DNA of 64,000 nucleotides, from positions 71,212 to 135,211 of the forward strand of contig JAYNQW010000007.1 in NCBI GenBank assembly GCA_038114465.1. Reading direction: 5' to 3'. Below the pieces are notes generated by a model. The model worked only from the letters and a program-made list of their open reading frames with translations. It was not told where the DNA came from and searched no databases. The stretch's first letter is position 1. The number at the start of each line of letters is the position of its first letter. The position numbers and the translations under genes were made by a program. Positions 8,185 through 18,953 of the stretch are shown here, piece by piece. This stretch comes from Rhodospirillaceae bacterium (GTDB lineage Bacteria; Pseudomonadota; Alphaproteobacteria; Rhodospirillales; CALINB01).

Positions 8185-9048
8185 CTATTGCTTCTTGGGC
8201 GCATTGTCCAGCGCAGACTGGCCCGCCTTGCGGATATCGATCTTGGCATCCTTACGCAATTGTTTGACCAAATTGCTGCCCAATTCGCTGGAAAGATCAG
8301 AGACCAGCTGCTCACGAACCTCTTCGATGGCGGGCGGCTTCGCCGTGCGGCGGCCTTCGACCTTAATCACGTGCCAACCATATTGCGTTTGAACGGGCCG
8401 TTTCGAGAACTTCCCTTTTTTCATGGCAAAGGCGGCCTTGGAAAATGCCGGCAGCATCTGGCCCTTGCGGAAGTAACCCAAATCGCCGCCATTGGCACCG
8501 GACGGCCCGGTAGAATGTGTTTTCGCAAGCTGTTCGAAGTTTTCCCCGTTGCGAAGTTTCTTGATAATTTCATGCGCTTTTTTTTCGGTTTTCACCAAAA
8601 TATGACGCGCATGGACTTCGCTTTGATTTTTCGTGTCCTCGACCATTTTCTGATAGCGCGCCTTCAATGCCTTTTCGGTCAAATTGTCTTCAATATATTT
8701 CACCAAAAAAGCGCGCTCCAAAATTTGATCGCTGATTCGTTTCAAACGGCGCTTCATGGTATCGTCTTTATGCAGATTTTTCCGGCGGGCTTCACCGGCG
8801 ATCAATACCGAATTAATGACTTGATTCATCAAGGCGGGATACAGAGTATGCGCCGGCAAGGCCTGCAGCTCCTGCGGCAATAATTCGCGAGCGTCATCCA
8901 AAGTGGATTTACGGATTTCTTCGCCGTTCACGACCGCGAAGATCGGATCCTTTTCAGCCGAGTTTTTATCGGCGGCAAACACCGGCTCAGCCGTCAGAGT
9001 GACGGCAACGCTAAATAAACTTATTAAGACGACACGCGCAATTTTCAT
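8185..9048 (-). CDS. periplasmic parvulin-type peptidyl-prolyl isomerase (SurA-N/PpiC domains)
   Basis: Signal peptide MKIARVVLISLFSVAVTLTAEPVFA. Parvulin core HARHILV...GGDLGYF...GWHVIKVE. Confidence 0.85.
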   Translation of the reverse strand: MKIARVVLISLFSVAVTLTAEPVFAADKNSAEKDPIFAVVNGEEIRKSTLDDARELLPQELQALPAHTLYPALMNQVINSVLIAGEARRKNLHKDDTMKRRLKRISDQILERAFLVKYIEDNLTEKALKARYQKMVEDTKNQSEVHARHILVKTEKKAHEIIKKLRNGENFEQLAKTHSTGPSGANGGDLGYFRKGQMLPAFSKAAFAMKKGKFSKRPVQTQYGWHVIKVEGRRTAKPPAIEEVREQLVSDLSSELGSNLVKQLRKDAKIDIRKAGQSALDNAPKKQ

Positions 9049-9358
9049 GAAATTATCCTTACTGGGTGTGTGACCGGCCCACGATGTTGAGGCCGTTATT
9101 CGAGGCCATGTTATCAGCCCCGCCGGAGCAACACCACCAGCCCTGCGTGGCCTTTACCGAACGGCCAAGATATCAAGGCCTCGCTAACCCTCTGGATTCC
9201 CCAGGAATTTCATGAAAATACCCTCCTCTGTTACATTGACAGACGGCGTTTCGGTCTCTATCTCTCTCACCAGATAGGATCGATCGATATTGACCGGCTC
9301 GGCTCGGAAACAGCCTTTACCGCTGTGATGGGTACTCCCCGGAATTTTGGGACTTTTC

Positions 9359-12121
9359 ATGCTTCAATCCCTCGCCAAGCGAATCTTTGGCTCAGCCAAC
9401 GAGCGCTATCTCAAAGGCCTGCAAAAAGACATCGACGCCATCAATGCCCTCGAGCCCGAACTCGAGGCACTCAGCGATGACGACATTAAGGCACGCACCG
9501 ACTGGCTACGTAAGCGGCATTTGGAAGGTGGCGAATCCCTCGACGAACTGATGACCGAAGCCTTCGCCACTGTCCGCGAAGCCGCCAAGCGCACTCTCGG
9601 CCAACGCCATTTTGATGTGCAGCTGATGGGCGGGATCGTTCTGCATCGGGGCAACATCGCGGAAATGAAAACCGGTGAAGGCAAAACCCTGGTTTCCACC
9701 TTGCCGGTTTATCTAAATGCGCTGGCCGGTCAAGGTGTGCATGTCGTGACCGTCAACGATTACCTCGCGCAACGCGATGCGGAATGGATGGGCCAGGTTT
9801 ATAACTTCCTCGGCCTGACCGTCGGCTGCATCGTTCACGGCCTCGAAGACGAACAACGCCAAAAGGAATACGCCTGCGACGTGACCTATGCGACCAACAA
9901 TGAGCTCGGCTTCGATTACCTGCGCGACAATATGAAATTCGGGCTCGATGAAATGGTGCAGCGGGAATTCAACTACGCCATCGTCGATGAGGTGGACTCG
10001 ATTTTGATCGATGAAGCGCGGACACCGCTGATTATTTCAGGTCCGACGGAAGACACCTCCGATCTCTATTCATCCATCGACAAGCTCATTCCCGAATTCG
10101 ACGAATCCGATTACGAAAAAGACGAAAAGGCTCGCACGGCGACCTTTACTGAAGCCGGCATGGAAAAACTTGAGAACCTGCTGCGCGAAAGAGGCCTGAT
10201 GGAAACGGGCAATCTGTATGACCTCAATAATATTTCGTTGGTATATCACGCCAATTCCGCGCTGAAAGCTCATGTCCTCTTCGAGCGCGACACCGATTAC
10301 ATCGTCAAGGACGACAAGGTCGTGATTATCGACGAGTTCACCGGACGCATGATGGAAGGCCGACGCTATTCCGAAGGCCTGCACCAGGCCTTGGAAGCCA
10401 AAGAAGGCGTGTCGATCGAAAACGAAAACCAAACCCTCGCCTCGATCACGTTCCAAAATTATTTCCGGCTCTATCCCAAACTTGCCGGCATGACCGGCAC
10501 GGCCATGACGGAAGCCGGCGAGTTCGATGAAATCTACAAACTCCAGGTTATCGAAATCGACACCAATGTGCCTTGCGTCCGCAAAGATGAAGATGACGAG
10601 GTATACCGGACCGTCGCGGAAAAAAGTAACGCGATCATCGATTTGCTCGAAGATTGCCACAAGCGCAAACAGCCCGTTTTGGTCGGCACGGTCAGTATCG
10701 AAAAATCCGAACAACTTGCCGCACAGCTGAAGAAGCGCAAAATTCCCCATAACGTGCTGAACGCCCGCCATCACGAGCAGGAAGCGCTCATCATCGCCCA
10801 AGCCGGTGCGCCGGGCGGCGTGACGATCGCCACCAACATGGCCGGACGCGGTACCGATATTCAGCTCGGCGGCAATCTCGACATGCGCATCGAACAGGAA
10901 GTCAAAGAGAACATGTCCGCCGAACAGCGGGAAAAGAAAATCGAGGAAATCAAGGCCGACATCGAAGCCAAGCGCCAAATTGTGCTCGAGGCCGGCGGTC
11001 TTTACGTTGTCGGCACCGAACGTCACGAAAGCCGGCGCATCGATAACCAACTGCGCGGCCGATCCGGTCGGCAAGGCGACCCGGGCGGCTCCAAGTTTTT
11101 CCTATCCCTCGAAGACGACCTCATGCGTATCTTCGGTTCCGAGCGCATTGACGGTATGCTGAAAAAACTCGGTCTCGAAGAAGGCGAAGCCATCATGCAC
11201 CCCTGGGTGAACAAGGCGCTCGAGAAGGCCCAGGAGAAAGTCGAAGAACGCAACTTCGAAATCCGGAAAAACCTGCTCAAGTTCGACGATGTGATGAATG
11301 ATCAGCGCAAAGTCATTTACGAGCAGCGTAAGGAGCTTATGGATTCCGAAGACGTCTCGGAAGACCTCCGCGATATGCGCCATCAGGTCATTGAAGATTT
11401 AATCTCACTGCATATTCCGGAAAAAGCCCTGCCGGAACAATGGAACGCGGACGCCCTGCATGGGGAGATCCTTCGTATCTTTGCCCTCAACCTGCCCATC
11501 CTCGAATGGGTTAAAGAAGAAGGCATCGCGGATGCGGAAATTCAAGAACGCCTTGAAGATGTCACCAACCGTCAATATGCCGAGAAAGTCGCTCATTACG
11601 GCACCGAGTTGATGCGCACGGTCGAAAAAAGCGTGCTGTTGCAAGTGCTCGACCAAACCTGGAAAGAGCACCTACTCACCCTCGATCATATGCGCCAAGG
11701 CATCGGCTTGCGCGCCTACGGCCAGCGCGATCCGCTGAACGAATATAAAAGCGAAGCGTTCGAATTGTTTTCAGTTATGCTGGAGAATCTGCGCGAACGC
11801 ACCAGCCTGACCATGGCACATCTAGAATTTGAGTTTGAAAACGAAGACACGCTCGACTTCGGCCACCCGCAACAGCAAATGGTCGAATCCCGGTTTGACC
11901 CATCCCTGGAATTCCTTGGCAATGAAGAAGACGAAGAGCTCGTCGGCTTTGAGGGCGCTGAAAACCAAGGCGGCGTCGCCGTTGCGCCGGTGCGTTCTCG
12001 TCAGGCTGCCGATGAAATCGACCCGAACGATCCCGAGACTTGGGGCCGGGTCTCGCGCAACTCACCATGCCCCTGCGGTTCAGGCAAAAAATACAAACAA
12101 TGCCACGGGAAACTGAGTTAA
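9359..12121 (+). CDS. secA: preprotein translocase ATPase SecA
   Basis: [19 protein letters not shown] start, Walker [28 protein letters not shown], and C-terminal zinc motif [14 protein letters not shown]. Confidence 0.97.
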   Translation: MLQSLAKRIFGSANERYLKGLQKDIDAINALEPELEALSDDDIKARTDWLRKRHLEGGESLDELMTEAFATVREAAKRTLGQRHFDVQLMGGIVLHRGNIAEMKTGEGKTLVSTLPVYLNALAGQGVHVVTVNDYLAQRDAEWMGQVYNFLGLTVGCIVHGLEDEQRQKEYACDVTYATNNELGFDYLRDNMKFGLDEMVQREFNYAIVDEVDSILIDEARTPLIISGPTEDTSDLYSSIDKLIPEFDESDYEKDEKARTATFTEAGMEKLENLLRERGLMETGNLYDLNNISLVYHANSALKAHVLFERDTDYIVKDDKVVIIDEFTGRMMEGRRYSEGLHQALEAKEGVSIENENQTLASITFQNYFRLYPKLAGMTGTAMTEAGEFDEIYKLQVIEIDTNVPCVRKDEDDEVYRTVAEKSNAIIDLLEDCHKRKQPVLVGTVSIEKSEQLAAQLKKRKIPHNVLNARHHEQEALIIAQAGAPGGVTIATNMAGRGTDIQLGGNLDMRIEQEVKENMSAEQREKKIEEIKADIEAKRQIVLEAGGLYVVGTERHESRRIDNQLRGRSGRQGDPGGSKFFLSLEDDLMRIFGSERIDGMLKKLGLEEGEAIMHPWVNKALEKAQEKVEERNFEIRKNLLKFDDVMNDQRKVIYEQRKELMDSEDVSEDLRDMRHQVIEDLISLHIPEKALPEQWNADALHGEILRIFALNLPILEWVKEEGIADAEIQERLEDVTNRQYAEKVAHYGTELMRTVEKSVLLQVLDQTWKEHLLTLDHMRQGIGLRAYGQRDPLNEYKSEAFELFSVMLENLRERTSLTMAHLEFEFENEDTLDFGHPQQQMVESRFDPSLEFLGNEEDEELVGFEGAENQGGVAVAPVRSRQAADEIDPNDPETWGRVSRNSPCPCGSGKKYKQCHGKLS

Positions 12122-12148
12122 GGCCCTTAGCGAAACGAACACCGCGCC

Positions 12149-12376
12149 TTAATTATTGTTATCCTCATCGTCTTGGTTTTTCCAAAACCGGCCCAGCGCC
12201 ATATCGAGTAATGGTGGCATCAGAAAAATGTGCGCAAAGAAAATCAAAATGATCGTGATGTTGAATTCGAGCAACTCTTCGCCGAGGTCGTTGATCTGAA
12301 TACCGAGCAGCTCAAACGTGACTACCAACGAAATGAAGATGATGAGTGTATACAACAGCCACTTCGGTTTAAACAT
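12149..12376 (-). CDS. small two-helix membrane protein with acidic tail
   Basis: 75-aa ORF located 17 nt downstream of the MOSC gene. Two hydrophobic stretches, and it ends in QDDEDNNN. Confidence 0.4.
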   Translation of the reverse strand: MFKPKWLLYTLIIFISLVVTFELLGIQINDLGEELLEFNITIILIFFAHIFLMPPLLDMALGRFWKNQDDEDNNN

Positions 12377-12393
12377 TGTTGGAGCCTTTAATA

Positions 12394-12864
12394 TTAATTC
12401 AGCGGCTCAACAACATCGCCGGGGCGGATGACGCCGCCTTCGATCACATTGCAATTCAAGCCCGAGCGATGCAGCAATACCGTCACAATTTTTTTATTGA
12501 GTACGCCTTCGAGATACCTGCAGGGTTCATTGATCCGAACCCCCAACAACACGGCATCGCCGACCTTAAATTTTTTACCGACCAAATGGGTCAGTGGCAC
12601 GTCACGCACGGTGAGGTTACGCCGGGATTCATGGGGCGCCAAGTCAACATTATGATCCCGCTTTAATGCATCAAGCACTTCGCTTTCGATAAGCGTGAGA
12701 TGCCGTCCCGGTACGTCTTTGTGTGAAAATTCGCCGATGCCGAGACAGTAACGGTCGCCCTCAAGGCCCTTGCCGGCGATCAACGTGCCTTCGGTGAGCT
12801 CTTGCATATCCGCGGCGGCTTTCTCGGCGGCATGAATGAATTCGAGCCGGCCCGACCAGGTCAT
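12394..12864 (-). CDS. MOSC domain-containing protein
   Basis: GLEGDRY and the conserved-Cys segment NEPCRYLE. It abuts the accA stop. Confidence 0.85.
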   Translation of the reverse strand: MTWSGRLEFIHAAEKAAADMQELTEGTLIAGKGLEGDRYCLGIGEFSHKDVPGRHLTLIESEVLDALKRDHNVDLAPHESRRNLTVRDVPLTHLVGKKFKVGDAVLLGVRINEPCRYLEGVLNKKIVTVLLHRSGLNCNVIEGGVIRPGDVVEPLN

Positions 12865-13821
12865 TTACGCGAGACCCTTTTGGCCGATCTCAAGAAATTT
12901 ATCGCGGCGCGCGGCTTTAAGCTCATTACCACCGAGCGCCAATAACGGCACGAGCACTTTTTCGAGGGCCGCACCGACCGCTTTGATCGTGTCCTCTGGA
13001 TGGCGGTGCGCCCCCCCCATGGGTTCAGGAACGATGGTATCGATAACACCGAGTTCTTCGAGATCCGCCGCCGTATGCTTCAAGGCTTCGGCGGCTGTTT
13101 CCTTGGCGTCGTTATCGCGCCATAAGATTGATGCACAACCTTCCGGCGAGATCACCGAGTAAATTGCATGTTCAAGCATGATCACCGAATTGGCCGCCGC
13201 GATCGCCATGGCGCCGCCCGAGCCGCCTTCACCGATGATGACGCTGACGATCGGCACTTTAATATGAAGACACGCTTCAATTGAGCGCGCGATTGCCTCG
13301 GCCTGGCCGCGCGCTTCAGCATCAATGCCAGGATAGGCGCCTGCGGTATCAACAAACGTAATGACAGGTATGCCGAACTGATCGGCGAGGTTCATCAAGC
13401 GGATCGCCTTACGATATCCTTCGGGGCGCGCCATGCCGAAATTATGGGCGACACGCGATTCCGTATCGTGGCCTTTTTCATGACCGATCACCATTACCGA
13501 CCGGCCGTTAAAACGACCCAAGCCGCCCACGATGGCTTTATCCTCGCCGAAGGAACGGTCACCGGCAAGCGGCGTAAAATCGGTGATCAACGCTTTTAAG
13601 TAATCCATCATATGCGGACGATTTTGATGGCGCGCGACCTGCGTCTTTTGCCAAGGCGTTAGCTTGGCATAGGTTTGTTCTAAAATCTTTTCGGCGCGCA
13701 ACTCAAGCTTCGCGACCTCTTCGGTCACGTTCAGCTCGCCCTGATCCATTTGGTGGCGCAGCTCTTCAATCTTGCCTTCGATCTCAGCCAAAGACTCTTC
13801 AAAATCCAGATAATTTGGCAT
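12865..13821 (-). CDS. accA: acetyl-CoA carboxylase carboxyltransferase alpha subunit
   Basis: 318 aa; LDFE...[19 protein letters not shown]...F.DT.GA.PG pattern. Confidence 0.95.
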   Translation of the reverse strand: MPNYLDFEESLAEIEGKIEELRHQMDQGELNVTEEVAKLELRAEKILEQTYAKLTPWQKTQVARHQNRPHMMDYLKALITDFTPLAGDRSFGEDKAIVGGLGRFNGRSVMVIGHEKGHDTESRVAHNFGMARPEGYRKAIRLMNLADQFGIPVITFVDTAGAYPGIDAEARGQAEAIARSIEACLHIKVPIVSVIIGEGGSGGAMAIAAANSVIMLEHAIYSVISPEGCASILWRDNDAKETAAEALKHTAADLEELGVIDTIVPEPMGGAHRHPEDTIKAVGAALEKVLVPLLALGGNELKAARRDKFLEIGQKGLA

Positions 13822-14107
13822 CGCGGGCTTTTAGCACGTTGTTTCAATGGGGCCAAATCAATTTGCAAAGAATTCCTGCGGAATCAAAGAGTTGAGCCGA
13901 TTTAAGCGAGGCAAGCCCCATACCTGCCCCGCAAGAACGGCTCTCATAAAGGATAATCTGCGCCGGAATCCAATTGTTCCAAAGGTTGCGGACACAATGG
14001 CGTATTTACGCCGGAAAAACCTTGAGGTCTGCCGGAAAATGCTCAACAGTATTCGGTATACATAAAGCCGAAATTCAACGACAGCGAGAGACATGATGGG
14101 AGGTGCA

Positions 14108-15259
14108 ATGATGAGCAAGCTCAAAACCGATTCCAAAAAATCCAAACCCAGCGCCCGGCGCAAGTTCTTAAAACTCGGCGGCCTCGCCGCTGCCGGTACC
14201 GCGGCAACCGTCGCGTTCCCGCAAATTTCCCGCGCCGCGACGACGACGCTGAAAATGCAAGGTGCCTGGGGCGAGAAAAGCCCGTTCGCCGAAATGGCGC
14301 GCCAGTACATTAAACGCGTCGAGGAACAAGCCGGTGGCCGGTTAAAAATTAAATATTTGCCCTCAGGCGCGGTTGTCGGTTCCAAACAAATCGCCGATGC
14401 GGTTAGTCGGCGTAATGTCGATGCGGGCCATAGCGTGACCGCCTATTGGTACGCCAAGAACCCGGCAGCGTCATTATTCGGCACGGGACCGGTGTTCGGC
14501 TGTAACGCGCAACAAATTCTCGCCTGGATTCACTTCGGCGGCGGCAAAGAGCTTTACCAAGAACTTCTGCAAAAGAAAATGCGGCTGAATGTCGTCGGTT
14601 TCTTCGCCATGCCGATGCCGACCCAACCCTTGGGCTGGTTTAAAAAGCACATCCAAAAATCCGCCGATATGAAAGGCCTCAAGTACCGCACCGTCGGCTT
14701 GGCCGCCAACGTCATGAACGAAATGGGCCTCGGTGTTGCACAGTTACCCGGCTCGGAAATCGTGCAAAACTTCGAAACCGGCCGGATCGAAGCGTTCGAG
14801 TTTAATAACCCGACCGCCGACCGCCAATTCGGTGCACAGAACGTGTCCAAACATTATCACATGGGCAGCTATCACCAAGCGGCTGAGTTCTTTGAGATCA
14901 GCTTCAACAAGCGCGTCTACAACAAACTACCGAAAGAACATCAAGCCATTTTGGAATACTCCGCCGAAGCCGCAAACACGGCAAATTACGGTTGGGCCAT
15001 GGACCAATACTCAAAGGACCTGCAAAACCTCATTAATAAAGACAAGGTCAACGTGTATCGTACGGATACCTCGATCATGCAGGATCAGCTCAAAGCGTGG
15101 GATAAAGTTTTAGTTGGCCTAATGAAAGATCCGTTCTTTAAGAAAGTCGTCGATAGTCAAAAAGCCTGGAGCGAACGCGTTGCCTTCTACGACTTGATGA
15201 ATTCCGCTGACTATAAGCTTGCCTTCAAGCACTACTTCCCGGGCAAGCTGCCGTTCTAG
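14108..15259 (+). CDS. TRAP transporter substrate-binding protein with twin-arginine signal
   Basis: SARRKFLKLGGLAAAGTAATVAFPQISRA Tat-type leader. A GGGAGG Shine-Dalgarno precedes ATG 14108/14111. DctP-family body. Confidence 0.9.
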   Translation: MMSKLKTDSKKSKPSARRKFLKLGGLAAAGTAATVAFPQISRAATTTLKMQGAWGEKSPFAEMARQYIKRVEEQAGGRLKIKYLPSGAVVGSKQIADAVSRRNVDAGHSVTAYWYAKNPAASLFGTGPVFGCNAQQILAWIHFGGGKELYQELLQKKMRLNVVGFFAMPMPTQPLGWFKKHIQKSADMKGLKYRTVGLAANVMNEMGLGVAQLPGSEIVQNFETGRIEAFEFNNPTADRQFGAQNVSKHYHMGSYHQAAEFFEISFNKRVYNKLPKEHQAILEYSAEAANTANYGWAMDQYSKDLQNLINKDKVNVYRTDTSIMQDQLKAWDKVLVGLMKDPFFKKVVDSQKAWSERVAFYDLMNSADYKLAFKHYFPGKLPF

Positions 15260-15322
15260 TTAACCGGATCACCTTTTGTTAAGGATGATTCAAAATATTT
15301 TGCACTAAACTCATGTTCATGA

Positions 15323-15355
15323 GAGGCGGTTCTTCTTGAGCCGCCTCCCCTATTT
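15323..15355 (+). terminator. intercistronic hairpin (GAGGCGG-N11-CCGCCTC then CCCTATTTT) between SBP and permease genes
   Basis: Perfect 7-bp GC-rich stem followed by a short T tract. Its position is typical of partial terminators that raise binding-protein to permease transcript ratios. Confidence 0.4.
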
Positions 15356-15407
15356 TAACGCCCTTCAAAACCTTTCTTTTCTCCAAACCGCCCCCTAAGA
15401 TCAGCCC

Positions 15408-16016
15408 ATGAAGGATTTTCTGTTTTCGATCGACCGGATCAGCGCCTGGATCGGCAAGGCCTTCGGCTGGTGCATCCTGATCGGTGCCGTCGGCTCGACC
15501 TACGAGGTTATTGCGACCAAACTATTCCGCGCGCCGACCCCGTGGTCCTACGATCTCAGCTACATGATGTACGGCTGTCTGTTCATGATGGCGGGAGCTT
15601 ATGCCTTATCCCGCGATTCCCATGTGCGCGGCGATGTTGTCTTTCGGCTGTTGAAACCAAAAACCCAAGCGACCATCGAACTCACTCTTTATGTTTTATT
15701 CTTCTTTCCCGGCATTTTGGCGCTAATTTATGCGGGCATCGATTACGCTTGGCAATCTTGGACCTTTAATGAAAAAAGCGTCATGAGCATCGCGTGGTTT
15801 CCGATCTATCAATTCAAATTCATCATACCGATTGCCGCTTTCTTCCTTGCCCTGCAGGGCGTTGCCCAAGTCATTCGCTGCATCATCTGTTTGCGGGAAG
15901 GTGAATGGCCGGCGCATCTGCATGACGTTGAAGAAATTGAGGCCATGCTGCTGCACCAAAAGGAAGACGAGCAACGCCTGGCCGAAGAAGCCGCGTCAAA
16001 AGGAAGCGGCGCATGA
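15408..16016 (+). CDS. TRAP transporter small permease (DctQ-like)
   Basis: 202 aa with four hydrophobic segments. It overlaps the large permease start by 4 nt. Confidence 0.85.
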   Translation: MKDFLFSIDRISAWIGKAFGWCILIGAVGSTYEVIATKLFRAPTPWSYDLSYMMYGCLFMMAGAYALSRDSHVRGDVVFRLLKPKTQATIELTLYVLFFFPGILALIYAGIDYAWQSWTFNEKSVMSIAWFPIYQFKFIIPIAAFFLALQGVAQVIRCIICLREGEWPAHLHDVEEIEAMLLHQKEDEQRLAEEAASKGSGA

Positions 16017-17377
16017 CCGATCCTCAAGTTGCCCTCCTCATGCTCGGCTCATTCGTACTAACGATCCTTTTGGGTTTTCCGATTTGCTTTACCCTGATCG
16101 GCATGGGCGTCGGTTTCGGTTATTACTATTATTACGATGCCGAGCGCATGGCGGAAATCGGCGTCTCTCTTTTCGACAATCAAGTATTCGACCTTTTGGT
16201 CAACCGGACGTACTCCGTCATCTCCAACGATATCCTGACCGCCGTGCCGATGTTCCTATTCATGGGCTACATCCTTGAGCGCGCAAACATCATTGACCGG
16301 TTGTTTTTCAGCCTGCAGGCCGCCGCCCGTCACATGCCTGGGTCCATGGCCGTCGCCGCACTTGCCACCTGCGCGATGTTTTCGACAGCGACCGGCATCA
16401 TCGGTGCCGTCGTCACGCTCATGGGTTTGCTCGCGTTTCCCGCCATGTTGAAAGCCCGTTACGACACCAGTTTCTCGGCAGGCGTCATTTGCGCCGGCGG
16501 CTGTCTCGGCATTCTCATTCCGCCAAGTATCATGCTGATCGTTTATTCCGTGGCTGCAGGCGTCTCACCAGTGAAACTCTACGCCGGCGCCTTGATTCCT
16601 GGCTTCATGCTTGCGGGCCTCTACATGATCTACGTCGTCGGGCGCACCATGATCAATCCGTCACTCGCGCCTAAGCCGAAAGAAGAGGATGCCCGGGAAA
16701 TTCTCGGCAACAGCGTCATATTATCCTTGCTCACATCCTTCTTCCCGCTGGCCGTTCTAATCCTTCTCGTGCTCGGTGCGATCCTCTTCGGTTGGGCGAC
16801 GCCGACGGAAGCTGCCGCCACCGGCGTTATGGGCGCTATTCTTCTGGCGATTTGTTACCGCGCCATGACTTGGGACCGTTTACGCGAGTCGATCTATCTT
16901 ACGGCGCGCACATCCGCCATGGTCTGTTGGCTCTTTATCGGGTCCTGGACGTTTTCGTCCGTGTTTGCCCTCCTTGGCGGACACAATTTGATTGAATCGT
17001 TCGTGCTTTCCCTGCAACTCTCGCCATTAACATTTCTGATCATGGCGCAACTCATCATCTTCCTGCTCGGCTGGCCGCTCGAGTGGTCGGAAATCATCAT
17101 TATCTTCGTGCCGATCTTCCTGCCGATGCTACCGCACTTCGGCATCGATCCGTTATTCTTCGGCATTCTGGTTGCGCTAAACCTGCAGACGTCTTTTCTG
17201 ACGCCGCCAATGGCGATGTCGGCGTATTATCTCAAAGGGGTTGCTCCACCCCATGTGAAATTGATCGAGATCTTTAAAGGCTCGATGCCGTTCTTGATGA
17301 TGGTCTTTCTCGCAATGATTATTTTGTACGTATTCCCGCAGATTGCCCTCTGGCTGCCGAAGGTCATCTATCAATAA
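16013..17377 (+). CDS. TRAP transporter large permease (DctM-like)
   Basis: 454 aa polytopic membrane protein in DctP-Q-M gene order. Confidence 0.9.
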   Translation: MTDPQVALLMLGSFVLTILLGFPICFTLIGMGVGFGYYYYYDAERMAEIGVSLFDNQVFDLLVNRTYSVISNDILTAVPMFLFMGYILERANIIDRLFFSLQAAARHMPGSMAVAALATCAMFSTATGIIGAVVTLMGLLAFPAMLKARYDTSFSAGVICAGGCLGILIPPSIMLIVYSVAAGVSPVKLYAGALIPGFMLAGLYMIYVVGRTMINPSLAPKPKEEDAREILGNSVILSLLTSFFPLAVLILLVLGAILFGWATPTEAAATGVMGAILLAICYRAMTWDRLRESIYLTARTSAMVCWLFIGSWTFSSVFALLGGHNLIESFVLSLQLSPLTFLIMAQLIIFLLGWPLEWSEIIIIFVPIFLPMLPHFGIDPLFFGILVALNLQTSFLTPPMAMSAYYLKGVAPPHVKLIEIFKGSMPFLMMVFLAMIILYVFPQIALWLPKVIYQ

Positions 17378-18738
17378 TGACGAAAACCGACGCGACATAT
17401 GCTGATCTGAGTGCCGCCGATGCCGCAAGGCATTTGGCTGCAGGCGAATTGACTTCGGAAGAGTTGGTCAGGGCCTGCATCGAACGCATCGAAGAAAAAG
17501 AGCCAACCGTACAGGCTTGGCAGGCGTTCGACCCCGAGTTCGCCCTGATGCAGGCCAAGGAAGCAGATCGTATCTGGGCCGCCCATGAAGCGATGGGCCC
17601 ACTCCATGGCGTGCCCATCGGCATTAAGGACATAATCGACACCGTTAGTTTTCCGACTGAAAACGGCAGTGCATTACATGCCGGCCGCCAACCCATCGAG
17701 GATGCCTTCGTGGTATCGCTTTTACGTCAGGCGGGTGCCGTTATCATGGGAAAAACCGTGACCACGGAATTTGCAACTTATAAGCCCGGGAAAACCCGCA
17801 ACCCGCATAACCCGGATCATACCCCCGGTGGCTCATCAAGCGGATCGGCGGCTGCCGTTGCGTGCGGTATGGTGCCCGCAGCCCTCGGTTCACAAACCAA
17901 CGGTTCTGTAATCCGCCCCGCTTCCTATTGCGGCGTGTTTGGTTTCAAACCGAGCCACGGCCTGATTTCACGTACCGGTACGCTTGAATTGTCACCCGCT
18001 CTCGACACCCTCGGCGTTCTCGCGCGTTCGATCGAAGATCTCGGCCTCGTGGCGTCTATTCTCATGGCCTATGACGCAAACGACCCGGACATGCAGCCGC
18101 ACGCGACCCCGACGCTTGCCGAGACAGCCTTATCCGAACCGCCGGTTGAACCGGATTTTGTTTTTATGAAAACCCCGGTGTGGGGCGAGCTCGAACAAAC
18201 GGCGCAAGAAGCCTACGAAGAACTTAAGGATGCGTTGGGTCAACAGTGTACCGAGGACGAACTGCCGACACCGTTCGAGGACGCTTGGCGGTGGCATAAA
18301 ACCATTATGCACGCCGATATTGCCTGCCGGTTCCATGGCCTCTATGAAGAAAACAAACTCGGTCTCAGCGAAAAATTCATCGAAATTATCGAAAGCGGCC
18401 GCACGTTTTCCGCCGTCGATTATGTCGCCGCCCACGAATGGCGTGAACGGCTCAACCTCGGCATCAATGCGGTATTTGAAGAGTTCGATGCCATTGTCAC
18501 ACCTGCCGTCACCGGCGAAGCGCCCAAAGGGATTGAGCGCACCGGCAGCCCCACCTGCAACACTCTATGGACCTATCTCGGCTTACCGTGTGTGACTTTG
18601 CCGTTGCTCGAAGGAGAAAACGGGCTACCCATCGGCGTTCAGCTTGTCGGTAAAAAGGGAAATGATGCCCGCTTACTACGCACCGCAAAATGGCTCACGG
18701 ATAAACTTGCGTCGGATTTGGAAGCGGAGGCGGCATAA
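17377..18738 (+). CDS. amidase-signature family amidase
   Basis: GGSSSGSAAAVA signature and KD...D upstream catalytic Lys region GIKDIIDT. The ATG overlaps the dctM stop (TAATG). Confidence 0.9.
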   Translation: MTKTDATYADLSAADAARHLAAGELTSEELVRACIERIEEKEPTVQAWQAFDPEFALMQAKEADRIWAAHEAMGPLHGVPIGIKDIIDTVSFPTENGSALHAGRQPIEDAFVVSLLRQAGAVIMGKTVTTEFATYKPGKTRNPHNPDHTPGGSSSGSAAAVACGMVPAALGSQTNGSVIRPASYCGVFGFKPSHGLISRTGTLELSPALDTLGVLARSIEDLGLVASILMAYDANDPDMQPHATPTLAETALSEPPVEPDFVFMKTPVWGELEQTAQEAYEELKDALGQQCTEDELPTPFEDAWRWHKTIMHADIACRFHGLYEENKLGLSEKFIEIIESGRTFSAVDYVAAHEWRERLNLGINAVFEEFDAIVTPAVTGEAPKGIERTGSPTCNTLWTYLGLPCVTLPLLEGENGLPIGVQLVGKKGNDARLLRTAKWLTDKLASDLEAEAA

Positions 18739-18953
18739 TGATCAATAAAATTTTCGCTCCCTTTTCTCTCACCCTGCTTGCCGTATTTATGGCGATCATC
18801 TTGATTTACGTGCCGCGCATCGAGCTCATCATTATCACCGTCGGGTGCGTTGCCATGGCGGCATACGATTTTTGGCGCTCGTTTCAACCCGGCGGCGATG
18901 CGTACGAAAACACCAACAATGATGCCGATAACGACCCGGCAACAAAACAATAG
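18738..18953 (+). CDS. small two-helix membrane protein with acidic tail
   Basis: 71 aa with an ATGA overlap with the amidase stop. Hydrophobic N-terminal two thirds and an NTNNDADNDPATKQ tail. Confidence 0.45.
   Translation: MINKIFAPFSLTLLAVFMAIILIYVPRIELIIITVGCVAMAAYDFWRSFQPGGDAYENTNNDADNDPATKQ

Noticed and set aside
10070-11074. Long antisense ORFs in the track: 334 aa opposite secA, 8188-8883 opposite the PPIase, 26522-27106, 35330-36013, 37028-37654, 38703-39245, 49104-49628, 50901-51608, 53355-53885, 54228-54797 and 62695-63783 (362 aa opposite rsmB-like).
   Set aside because: Each lies fully inside a confidently recognised gene on the other strand. Their products are low-complexity and Arg/Gly/His/Phe-rich with no motifs. 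These are the typical shadow ORFs of moderately GC-rich coding DNA.
13858-14385. 175-aa minus-strand ORF spanning the accA/TRAP intergenic region and the start of the TRAP binding-protein gene.
   Set aside because: It overlaps the Tat signal-peptide coding region of a confident gene. It has no Shine-Dalgarno or motifs, and its composition is typical of an antisense shadow.
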